IMG/VR virus record: IMGVR_UViG_3300044954_000264
Location: 1 to 53,599 of that record
From: a virus
Taxonomy: Duplodnaviria; Caudoviricetes
Reading direction: 5' to 3' (one strand)
DNA: 53,599 nucleotides
Made by a program: the position numbers and the translations under genes. This document shows positions 1-8,453 of the stretch, piece by piece; within the stretch, counting starts at the first letter, position 1; the number at the start of each line of letters is the position of its first letter. The notes beneath the pieces were generated by a model. That model searched no databases and had not been told where the DNA came from. It saw nothing but the letters and a program-made list of their open reading frames with translations.

Positions 1-2
1 GC

Positions 3-839
3 AGAAGCTTTGCTATTCAAAAAGCTGGACCTCCCTCGCAGTCAAATGAAGGCACTGTAACAAACTACCACAACAGATTTGCCAGAATAAAATACAGTCC
101 AGCAGGATTTTCCCTAACCGGAACTCTAAGTGCAAAAAATACTCCTGGTCCAATTACAGGCTCAGATGAACTTGTTATTTGCGGAGGCGGCACAGATGCC
201 CTTCCAACCTACACTCAGTTCGTACCCGCGCTTGCAGAAGCATCAAACGGCTCCACTGCAATTTGGCACTGCATAGCCCAAACGACTGGAAACTATGGTT
301 TCATGCTTCTAGGTCAGTTTGGCTTTAACGTAATGTCTGTCTTCGGCCTTGACCCAGTTCTTACTGTAAATGCAGACGACACAGAACCGTATGTGGTTTA
401 TAGATCGTTTAACAACGCAAGTTTTCCTCTTGATAACATTGGTAATCTTGGAAGCATGGTAGATACCTCTGCCGGTATAAATTCCTTTAATAAGTGGACT
501 TGGGTTAGAAGAGGTCAGACAGACCAAAGAAGTGGCTCGATTTGTGGTGGTCTTTCCTACAACTACTTTAACCAGGACACTATAATAACTGCTGGTGGAA
601 TTGGAAGACCGCCAACAAAAACAGGTGTATTTTTACCCTTGTATTATGTTTGTTCGCAGTCAAACTTGGCAACAAGTAGCTTTAAGGGAATTTCTACCCT
701 TTTTAAGGTAGCACATCCTGCTGCCGTTCCGTTTACGCCGACACAAATGACATTCTCTGTATTTTCTTTGTATGACACTGCCATGGTTGGCAAGGGAACT
801 GTGATGCCATGGTTTGGCATAAAGTATGATGCCTATTAA
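3..839 (+). CDS. Putative virion/tail-associated protein, 5'-truncated by window edge; paralogue of the next gene
   Basis: Frame is open from the window start into ORF 303..839; RIKYSPAGFSLTG...PGPITGS matches RVKYSSTGFDLTG...PGPLVTGS of 866..2296, and both have PWFGI. Confidence 0.6.
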   Translation, partial: RSFAIQKAGPPSQSNEGTVTNYHNRFARIKYSPAGFSLTGTLSAKNTPGPITGSDELVICGGGTDALPTYTQFVPALAEASNGSTAIWHCIAQTTGNYGFMLLGQFGFNVMSVFGLDPVLTVNADDTEPYVVYRSFNNASFPLDNIGNLGSMVDTSAGINSFNKWTWVRRGQTDQRSGSICGGLSYNYFNQDTIITAGGIGRPPTKTGVFLPLYYVCSQSNLATSSFKGISTLFKVAHPAAVPFTPTQMTFSVFSLYDTAMVGKGTVMPWFGIKYDAY

Positions 840-865
840 TTAACAATTAAATAAAAGGATAACAA

Positions 866-2296
866 ATGGCTTGGATAACGGCATCTCTAGACACGGGATT
901 TTACGTAGGAAATACAATAAATCTTACTACGGAGTCTTCTGCTACTTCTGTTTTGTGGAAATGGAAATCTCTTCTAAAGACAGCGGGTTGGTATGTAGCA
1001 GCCTCTTGGAATGGTTCTTCTGGGGCGAAGGGCGAGGACATTTTAACTTCTTCTGTAACAAATATTCCGCTTAACTCCTGGTTTGTTATTTCCCAGCCTT
1101 CCTCTAGTAGAAGTTACCATGTAGCAAAAGGTAGCTCGCTGGAGACTTACCGTGTGAAATATTCTTCTACCGGATTTGACCTCACCGGGTCTGTAACCGC
1201 TCAGTACCCTGGGCCTCTTGTAACCGGTTCTTCTGCAATGAGAAGAATTTCTGATGGCTCAGTAATGAGAATCGACGGAGAGATCGTAATTTTGTCAAAC
1301 GGTCTTGACAGTTCTCCAAACTTTGTCAACAACCCATTTGGAACAATAGCTTCTGGTACCCATGTTGTTCACATAGCAGCACAAAACACAGATCCCTATA
1401 TGTTTTACGCTGTCAACTACCACAGCGCCTCAACTGCTGCCCAGCCAAGACTATATCCGTCTGGTGTATTTTGGCTTGACTGCATGGAACCAAGTTCAAG
1501 AGTAACAGGATTTGACCCGTATATAACATATTTCAGGATTCCTGGTGGTGGCTATTTCCCAATGATCGTAAGAGCTTTGTTAAATGGTGGTCCTGGTGAT
1601 GGCACGTCAGGATTTTCGTCCATGTTGAATCAAACCGCTTCTTTCTCGCAAAATACTTACGGACCATTCTCATATTCAAATCTAGCCGGCAACCCAGGAA
1701 ACATCGGTACAAACGGTATAGGTTATCAAATACCAGGAGGCATAGATCAATCGTCCTATGCAATTTCTGGAGTCAACCTTAATCCATATAATGGGAAAAT
1801 AGAACTATTTCCTGCTATTGCCGCGACCGAAGGAAGATGGGCAAGTAACCTTAGCTGTCCAAGAGACTCGGGATACAAAGGGGTTTCTAGTCTCTTCATG
1901 TGGAAAGGTACAAACAAGCCATCTTCTGACGTAGCCCTTCAACACGGCTACAGTCTCACAGGTTATACTTTGTCTGTAAGTTCCTCAAGCTCATTAGACT
2001 GGCTTGTTTTGTCAGACTCGGTATTTCCGTGGTTTGGAATTACTCCTTCTGGCACTACAGAAAATGCTAGCGCCATGTTAGGAATTTCTGCAAGTCTTTT
2101 GTATGCCACATCTTCAAATTGGTTTTCTGGAACCATGTTATATGGAGTAGATGACTCTGCCTTTATGACAACGACAGTTGTGGGTTCTACCGGGTCTATT
2201 CTTTACAGAGGAAGAGTAGGGGCGAACTATGTCTACAACGTAGGAACGCCGCCCGCTGGAGCCGTGGACGTTGTTATCGTTAAAATAGGAAATTGA
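866..2296 (+). CDS. Gly/Ser/Thr-rich putative virion (tail fibre/baseplate-associated) protein
   Basis: 476-aa ORF, SD-like AAGGA upstream, composition typical of structural proteins. Confidence 0.55.
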   Translation: MAWITASLDTGFYVGNTINLTTESSATSVLWKWKSLLKTAGWYVAASWNGSSGAKGEDILTSSVTNIPLNSWFVISQPSSSRSYHVAKGSSLETYRVKYSSTGFDLTGSVTAQYPGPLVTGSSAMRRISDGSVMRIDGEIVILSNGLDSSPNFVNNPFGTIASGTHVVHIAAQNTDPYMFYAVNYHSASTAAQPRLYPSGVFWLDCMEPSSRVTGFDPYITYFRIPGGGYFPMIVRALLNGGPGDGTSGFSSMLNQTASFSQNTYGPFSYSNLAGNPGNIGTNGIGYQIPGGIDQSSYAISGVNLNPYNGKIELFPAIAATEGRWASNLSCPRDSGYKGVSSLFMWKGTNKPSSDVALQHGYSLTGYTLSVSSSSSLDWLVLSDSVFPWFGITPSGTTENASAMLGISASLLYATSSNWFSGTMLYGVDDSAFMTTTVVGSTGSILYRGRVGANYVYNVGTPPAGAVDVVIVKIGN

Positions 2297-2865
2297 CAAA
2301 GTTATTTATGGGCAACGGTAATAAAGGCCATAAAGTTCTTTCGAGGAAGAAAATTAAAATCCGAGACAAGGACTCGGGTTATGAGAAGAACATTACTCTC
2401 AAGACCATAAAAATGCCAAATGGTCTGGAAGAGGATTTCTTTATTGACAACGACAAACATTCTGTACAGGTCTTCGCCATAACCGAGGATGAAGAACAGG
2501 TTATTTGTGTTACTCAGTTTAGACCTGGTGCAGAAGAAATAATGTTAGAACTTCCTGGTGGTGGACTTGAGGATGGAGAAGACGCCGCGAAGGCAGCCTC
2601 AAGAGAACTAAGAGAAGAAACGGGGTATACCGGAAATCCACCGGTTCATTTATCCTCCCCAGAATATTCCCCGTATAACACGGGTATTAGGCACATGTAC
2701 ATGATAACTGGGTGCAAAAAAACTGAGAAACTTGACTTGGACCCAAACGAATTTGTAAAGGTCGAAGTTATTCCCATGGATAAGTTCAGAAAGCTCATGC
2801 AGGAGGGCAAGGTGAGAGGATACGAGAGCGCCTACATGGGACTGGATAAACTTGGAAAACTTTGA
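2293..2865 (+). CDS. Nudix hydrolase (ADP-ribose pyrophosphatase-like)
   Basis: Nudix box LELPGGGLEDGEDAAKAASRELREETG preceded by QFRP. Confidence 0.9.
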   Translation: MTKLFMGNGNKGHKVLSRKKIKIRDKDSGYEKNITLKTIKMPNGLEEDFFIDNDKHSVQVFAITEDEEQVICVTQFRPGAEEIMLELPGGGLEDGEDAAKAASRELREETGYTGNPPVHLSSPEYSPYNTGIRHMYMITGCKKTEKLDLDPNEFVKVEVIPMDKFRKLMQEGKVRGYESAYMGLDKLGKL

Positions 2866-2867
2866 AA

Positions 2868-3137
2868 TCAGACCATGGGCTTGCCTCTAAGCTTGTGAGG
2901 AACTTGTGGTCTAACTTTTCCTGTAAGTGCCCGGATATCAGGTGAATTGTGATGTGCTGCCTTACTTGGCGGGGGCTCTTTGTTTTTGCTGGCCTTCTCG
3001 AACTCCTCATTCAGTCTTTTCATCAACCATCTTCTATAGGTGATTGGAAAATTATAAAAAGTAACCCAGTCCATGCCGAAGTAATAGGCTAGGTTGAAGA
3101 AGGGTTCAAGAATTAGTTGTTCACGATTTTCGTGCAT
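2868..3137 (-). CDS. Small tail-assembly protein; probable frameshifted C-terminal extension of the upstream chaperone
   Basis: Overlaps end of 3121..4041 right after a T7 run; NLAYYFGMDWVTFYNFPITYRRWLM resembles gpE'/gpGT-type tails. Confidence 0.55.
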   Translation of the reverse strand: MHENREQLILEPFFNLAYYFGMDWVTFYNFPITYRRWLMKRLNEEFEKASKNKEPPPSKAAHHNSPDIRALTGKVRPQVPHKLRGKPMV

Positions 3138-4041
3138 TTGGCCAAAAAAAGTTTGGCCCCAGTGGAAGAGGCATTACCTCCCAGTGGCCACATGACCCAC
3201 AAGTAAAGTCAAACTTCATATCCATACCAGGTTCTACATCATCCATGTATTGCCTAAGCGCGATGGAGTCTCTGGCTGGCATAAAGGAAATAAACTGAGA
3301 TATTTTGTGCTTATCTGAGATACCGCCGATTGATACAACAGAATGGAGAAGTCTTGTGGTGACAACGTTGTCGTTCTGGACTCCCTTTTTCTTCTTCATC
3401 TCAAGTGCGGCAAGAATTTCCTCTTCTTCTCTTCCGGTAAGGAACTTAAACAAAACTTCCTTTTTGGTCAGCGGAAGAGTAAAGGCGAACTTGTTCACTC
3501 CGGCCTCTACCGGCTGAACTTTCAATGGCTTAATATTCAAGTCATTTAGGTTGACGGAAATTTCGTTCTTGTGCTCGCACTTTGGGCAGTCAATGCTTCC
3601 CTGGTACTCTGACCCGTAACCGAGGATTCGAATAGAAACCATGAGAGCATTTCTATCTCCGCCCACAAGACCCTGTACGTCCACACCCGGGGTAACAATG
3701 CAGGACTTGATAAGTTCACTTATAACCGTGCCTTTTCTGATGAGGGCTCTGGACATAAGAATGTCTTCTTCTCTGGTTGTCATTCCTCTAATTTCCACAT
3801 GCTCTTTCATGTGGAGAGGACTATCTGAGGGGTAAATCGCTCCTCCGCTCGGAAGGGGAACAAGAGCCGTAGGAATATCCAGGCCGAAGTCTCTTTTTAC
3901 AATTTCTTCTCTGGACATGGCCAAGCCCTTGGACATAGCCCAGTTTTTCTCAACGTCCTCTGGGGCAGAAAAAATAGCATTTTTATCTTTTCTGCTTCCC
4001 TCACCGCCGTTGCCATCATCGTTACCAAAATTATCCGACAT
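3121..4041 (-). CDS. Baseplate hub / tail assembly chaperone (T4 gp26-like)
   Basis: VPLPSGG, MTTREEDIL, DRNALMVSIRILGYG, two CxxC motifs, C-terminal FFWP; close to tail tube gene. Confidence 0.75.
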   Translation of the reverse strand: MSDNFGNDDGNGGEGSRKDKNAIFSAPEDVEKNWAMSKGLAMSREEIVKRDFGLDIPTALVPLPSGGAIYPSDSPLHMKEHVEIRGMTTREEDILMSRALIRKGTVISELIKSCIVTPGVDVQGLVGGDRNALMVSIRILGYGSEYQGSIDCPKCEHKNEISVNLNDLNIKPLKVQPVEAGVNKFAFTLPLTKKEVLFKFLTGREEEEILAALEMKKKKGVQNDNVVTTRLLHSVVSIGGISDKHKISQFISFMPARDSIALRQYMDDVEPGMDMKFDFTCGSCGHWEVMPLPLGPNFFWPNARKS

Positions 4042-4131
4042 AAAATAAAAACTCCTGATTCACAAAATAGTGTATCAGGAGTAAATACAAATGTCTTTTA
4101 GTTTCGAACTGGATGAAAAATAGATAAAATA

Positions 4132-4473
4132 TTACAAAAGTTTAGAAAAATCTGAAAGTTCTTCTGTGGAAGCCATTTCCTCTGGCTTATCTTGTTTCTC
4201 TGTGGGCATTTTACTTTCTAACTTAGCTACACTTGCTTTCAGGAGTTGAAGCGCCTTTTCTTTATCTCCCCCGGTTGCCTCCAGGGCGGTCATTATAACA
4301 AGCCATGAACCTCTGAGTTTGCCCATCTTAAGAAGAAGACGCATGTTTTCCCAGTCTACAGGTTGCTCCGACTCAGATACCAAACCGATAATACCAGATG
4401 AAGATAAATTTTTACTAACAGTTTCGTTTATAATGGATTTTAATTGCTTGAGGGATATCTTCATGGTAGTCAT
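4132..4473 (-). CDS. Hypothetical protein, candidate internal head protein
   Basis: 113 aa; N-terminal KISLKQLKSIINE motif shared with several genes. Confidence 0.6.
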   Translation of the reverse strand: MTTMKISLKQLKSIINETVSKNLSSSGIIGLVSESEQPVDWENMRLLLKMGKLRGSWLVIMTALEATGGDKEKALQLLKASVAKLESKMPTEKQDKPEEMASTEELSDFSKLL

Positions 4474-4479
4474 ATTAGG

Positions 4480-5148
4480 TTATTGTTTTTTTTGCTGGGC
4501 AAGTATTGCCATTATTTGCTGAAGTTGGTCCTCGGAGGCGTTTGCAAGCATCCCAGAAATGTCTGCTTTTGACGGAGGCTTATTTTGGGTTATAGGCTCC
4601 TGTTCCTGTCCCTTTCCCTTGGCGAGGGCAGCCTGCTGCGCAAGGGGTCGGCCGGCAATGGTTTTTCCTGGGTCCTCGCCGGGCTCTGGCTGCGTTTCCG
4701 GGAAAAGAGGGGCGGCGGTAGAGGATGGAGGCTCTGGAGCTTCTAAGGAAGTAGGGTCTTCATACCCGCCTTTTTGGGCCCAGGCTGCCTTTCGGTCAAA
4801 ACCTCCTTTTTTGGCCGCGTACCCAGGCAGGGCCTCATCTAGGTCTCCGCCACGTTCTTCCCTGTATTGTTTTTCTGCTTGGATTTCGGACCAAACATAA
4901 TCCAGAATATTTTCCCTTGTCACAGGGTCCTGAAGGAGGTTTTTCAGAAGACTGACAATTGCCTCGTCAGACCAGCCTTCCTGCATGAGCCAGTGGATTG
5001 CTTCCCTAACTTCTTCTCTTTCTGAGTCGCTTTGTAGAAATAAAAGTTCTGGATTTATTTTTTCATCCTCGTAAGGAACAAGCTTTTCCTTAATGACCGA
5101 ATTAATTCCGGCAAGCTTTTTCCATCTTTCTACCAAAAATATAGTCAT
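4480..5148 (-). CDS. Hypothetical acidic protein, candidate head protein
   Basis: 222 aa; ERWKKLAGI resembles scaffold C-terminus ARWMLLAGI. Confidence 0.6.
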   Translation of the reverse strand: MTIFLVERWKKLAGINSVIKEKLVPYEDEKINPELLFLQSDSEREEVREAIHWLMQEGWSDEAIVSLLKNLLQDPVTRENILDYVWSEIQAEKQYREERGGDLDEALPGYAAKKGGFDRKAAWAQKGGYEDPTSLEAPEPPSSTAAPLFPETQPEPGEDPGKTIAGRPLAQQAALAKGKGQEQEPITQNKPPSKADISGMLANASEDQLQQIMAILAQQKKQ

Positions 5149-5190
5149 AGCGATAAACCTATGCCCAAACGAGGCACGAAAAGAAGGATA

Positions 5191-5679
5191 TTAGTAGCTC
5201 AAAACCGCGTTATCAAAACGAATCGTCAAGGAAATCTCGGTCTGGTCGCTACCTTCATAGGTAACGTCATTAAAGTTTGCCTCTTGCACCCAGGCACCCT
5301 TGATGTCCCAAAGCTGGATTACGGTACCCACTGGGTCAAGCATTTTAAGCTGAATGTCTCTTTTGTAGAAGTCTGCGTAACCCGATCTACCGGTAACGGA
5401 CTCAAAGCACAATCTAATCCACTCCATGACCTGTTGGGAACCAGAAGGGGCGATGGCATCATGCAGGGTCACTGCCATGCTACCAAAGGTAGTTTTTCCT
5501 GCAAGGTACCTGGTTGAGTTAATCCAGTTAATTGCCACTTCTTCCGTGGTAATCGTTGGTCTTGCGGCAGTTTTAACCAAGAAGGCATCCACGCCCTCAA
5601 TTGCTAGGACGAACTGCCTTTTAGCAATATTTTGGAACTTTGTTGGGAGCATTTCTGTTACATCGAGAGTCGTTGCCAT
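5191..5679 (-). CDS. Tail tube protein (T4 gp19-like)
   Basis: RYLAGKTTF, VMEWIR, YKRDIQLKMLDPVG, WDIKGAW, ISLTIRFD motifs. Confidence 0.9.
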   Translation of the reverse strand: MATTLDVTEMLPTKFQNIAKRQFVLAIEGVDAFLVKTAARPTITTEEVAINWINSTRYLAGKTTFGSMAVTLHDAIAPSGSQQVMEWIRLCFESVTGRSGYADFYKRDIQLKMLDPVGTVIQLWDIKGAWVQEANFNDVTYEGSDQTEISLTIRFDNAVLSY

Positions 5680-5696
5680 ATTATTTTTTTATCCTG

Positions 5697-6524
5697 TTAG
5701 GTTATTCTTAAATATTCGAGCAATGAAGATTTATCAGAATTACTATATTTCCATGCAAACCCGCCAGTTGAAGGACTTTTGCCGGAAAGTACTCTGCTGA
5801 TATTTGTTATTTTTAGACTAAGTTCGGCTTCTTTTATTGATGGCCAAATTGCTATCAGCGTTGATTTGTCTTTTGACCATTGCTCTATAGAAACACACCT
5901 TCTTTGAAGGTTACCAATACATTTATTTCTAAAAGAAGGATCTAACCATTTTTCTTTTATTTTTTGGCCATATTTTTTTCTACGTTCTTTATTTTTCCAA
6001 ATTTTTGTGCTATTGGCACTTACTATGTTTTTATGCTCTTGAGATTTTAAAGTTTTATTTCTAGTCTCACGATATTCTTTTTTATATTCGTCTGTTTGAT
6101 TTTTCCAAAAATTCTTTGCCGCTGCAGATTTCTTTTGTTTTGTTTCTTCTTGATTTTTAGTTCCATGTCCCTCTCTTGATATCGCTCTATCACAGAGATT
6201 GTAGCATTGATTTCCATTATCAAAATAAATTTTAAGCCATTTTTCTTCGGTCTCAAGCCTTTGTTCTCGGGTTGAATTCGGCATGTTTTCCAGAATATGA
6301 AACTCTAGGAAATCGTCATGTCCAAGTTCTTGTTTGCACTTATTGAAATCGGCTTGAAGAAATTTATTTTGGTGTTTGTTGTTTTTCAAGGAACTAAAGT
6401 GACCTGTATTCCACCTAGTTTTAAATCTTTTACAACTTCCAATATAAGTTCTCCAATTATGGTTGTTGAAGATTATGTAGAGGCCGGAAGATTTTGATAA
6501 GCCATTATAGTTGAATTGTGCCAC
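5697..6524 (-). CDS. GIY-YIG homing endonuclease with C-terminal NUMOD1-like domain
   Basis: SGLYII...YIGS, conserved R/E/N; C-terminal IEQWSKD...WPSIKEAE...GGFAWKY. Confidence 0.85.
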   Translation of the reverse strand: MAQFNYNGLSKSSGLYIIFNNHNWRTYIGSCKRFKTRWNTGHFSSLKNNKHQNKFLQADFNKCKQELGHDDFLEFHILENMPNSTREQRLETEEKWLKIYFDNGNQCYNLCDRAISREGHGTKNQEETKQKKSAAAKNFWKNQTDEYKKEYRETRNKTLKSQEHKNIVSANSTKIWKNKERRKKYGQKIKEKWLDPSFRNKCIGNLQRRCVSIEQWSKDKSTLIAIWPSIKEAELSLKITNISRVLSGKSPSTGGFAWKYSNSDKSSLLEYLRIT

Positions 6525-6558
6525 ACAGTTAAGTATTTAAGTCAGGGCACGTTTCTTC

Positions 6559-6930
6559 TCAAATCCACTCAAAACCAAGCACTTCCATAATGCTGCCTGC
6601 AAGAGATTGGGCATTTTCGCAAATATCGGTAAGGTCTGGGTCCTCAGATGCGCAAGTTGCAAGGGCCTCAATAACCTGCTTCATTCCTTTCACCGTAGAC
6701 ATTGACTTCTGAGCTATCTCAGGGTTAAGTCCTGCCATTTCCATGGCAACCTTGAAAGAAACGGCATCCTGACCTTTTAGGTCCATGTGCCACCCGTCTG
6801 CAAGGGCAATCTCAAAAAGGTCATCGGAGGGCATAACGCCCCAGGTCATGCTGGCAAGATAGCCTTCTGGCATCTCGCTTATGAGATGCCGAAGTTCCTT
6901 GATAGAATTTTTTCTTGGTGTTCCAGTCAT
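6559..6930 (-). CDS. Hypothetical protein
   Basis: 123-aa ORF in operon; SIKELRHLISE motif. Confidence 0.6.
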   Translation of the reverse strand: MTGTPRKNSIKELRHLISEMPEGYLASMTWGVMPSDDLFEIALADGWHMDLKGQDAVSFKVAMEMAGLNPEIAQKSMSTVKGMKQVIEALATCASEDPDLTDICENAQSLAGSIMEVLGFEWI

Positions 6931-6964
6931 ATATGTTTCTTACATGTCTTTTTGGCTTAAGGTC

Positions 6965-7753
6965 TTACCCGCCATACTTCTTTTTCCATTCGTAATATTC
7001 AGGAGTACCAACCCGGGGTTGAGGTGGTTTTCCTTTAGGTCCTGGGCCCGCTGCCGGCGTAAGTGCATCTCCGGTTTTTGGGTCAACCCAGGAACCAGGC
7101 GGGTTGGCTTGCGCAGGGTCGTGCTTCATAAGACCAACGGGCTGGCGTGCAGGAGTAGGGCGGTTAGATGGCGCATAAGCCGAGCCTGCTTCATCAACCT
7201 CTCCTCTATCTCCAGCAAAATGTCTTTCACCCTGAGGAACCCCAAGACGATCCTCAAGTCTTTTAATAAGACCTCTGAGAGTAGCTCTACCGCTCTTTGT
7301 GGTTCCAAGGCGGTCCAACATGGTTTTTGCATGTTCTAGCTCTGACTTGGAGGTTTCTTCCCATCCCTTAACAGAAGGATGTGTACCCATGGCGATATCA
7401 TAGGCTTTTTCTCTTTCCTCTGGGGTTTTTACGGGTTCTTCCGATGTACCCAAGGTAGAAGACATCATTTCTTCTTCCCCTGGCTCAAACTCGGTTCCCC
7501 ACTCATGGCCCATTTCCTTGAGTTTAAGAGACATAGCCTCCTTAACCATTCCACGGAGTTGTTCCACTGTGATTTTTTGAACACCCGCACTTTCATTGGC
7601 CTTTTTCTTGTCGTCTTCGACTTTTTTGGCGCGTGCGGCAGCAGACTCACCTTGTCTTTTTGAAAGATTAAGAGAAATAGCCTCCTTGACCATTTTTCTG
7701 AGTTCCGCAATAGAAATTTTTGTTACAGTATTTTTGTTGTTGTTTGATGTCAT
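6965..7753 (-). CDS. Hypothetical protein, candidate internal head protein
   Basis: Repeated motif KISIAELRKMVKEA / KITVEQLRGMVKEA. Confidence 0.6.
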   Translation of the reverse strand: MTSNNNKNTVTKISIAELRKMVKEAISLNLSKRQGESAAARAKKVEDDKKKANESAGVQKITVEQLRGMVKEAMSLKLKEMGHEWGTEFEPGEEEMMSSTLGTSEEPVKTPEEREKAYDIAMGTHPSVKGWEETSKSELEHAKTMLDRLGTTKSGRATLRGLIKRLEDRLGVPQGERHFAGDRGEVDEAGSAYAPSNRPTPARQPVGLMKHDPAQANPPGSWVDPKTGDALTPAAGPGPKGKPPQPRVGTPEYYEWKKKYGG

Positions 7754-7754
7754 T

Positions 7755-8444
7755 TTATGCTCTAGCTCCTGCTAATACCGGTTCTGTATCTTCTGAGTCC
7801 ACAACCCTAGATCCCACAACTCTTGGGGCTCTTTCAGGTCTGTAAGCCGCCATGGCAGTAGCGGACTTTCCAAGGTTATATCCCTGATTGCCTGCTTCTC
7901 TTGCAAGGGCAGAGAGATAAACCTCAATTCTTTTCTTTTCTTCCATCAGAACGTTGTAGAATGTTGCCACAACCCGCATAACTTCTCTTTCATACTTGCC
8001 TTTGGATTCAGGCGGCATTTTATCAAGAAGGTTTACGAACTTTCCAAGAAGATCAAAAATAGAGTTCTGAAGTTTGTTTATTGACTCGGAAGTCTTAAGG
8101 GTGTCAGACTTAAATGAAACAACTTCCTTGTTTGCCTGTGCGATGGTTCTGTCAAGGAGAGAGGCAACCTGCTTTGGGTCATCAATCATTGAAACTGGGT
8201 CCACGAGGATATTTTTCCTAGCCCAGTCTTTCGCGCCCTGTTCTGCACCCCAGGCTTTGTTTTTAAGCCATTGTCCTGCTCTCTTAAGAAAATCGAACTC
8301 ATTGAGTTCTATCATTTCATTTATGAGAGTAAGCCTGCTTTCTAAAACTATCTTTTGGATATTTTTGTTTTCAACAATAGCTTCCCTAACTGACTCTTTT
8401 ATGGCCAGATTTAGAGCTTCAGATTTTTTTACTTTTGTGTTCAT
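7755..8444 (-). CDS. Hypothetical helical protein
   Basis: 229-aa ORF tightly packed in operon. Confidence 0.6.
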   Translation of the reverse strand: MNTKVKKSEALNLAIKESVREAIVENKNIQKIVLESRLTLINEMIELNEFDFLKRAGQWLKNKAWGAEQGAKDWARKNILVDPVSMIDDPKQVASLLDRTIAQANKEVVSFKSDTLKTSESINKLQNSIFDLLGKFVNLLDKMPPESKGKYEREVMRVVATFYNVLMEEKKRIEVYLSALAREAGNQGYNLGKSATAMAAYRPERAPRVVGSRVVDSEDTEPVLAGARA

Positions 8445-8453
8445 AAGTTATTA

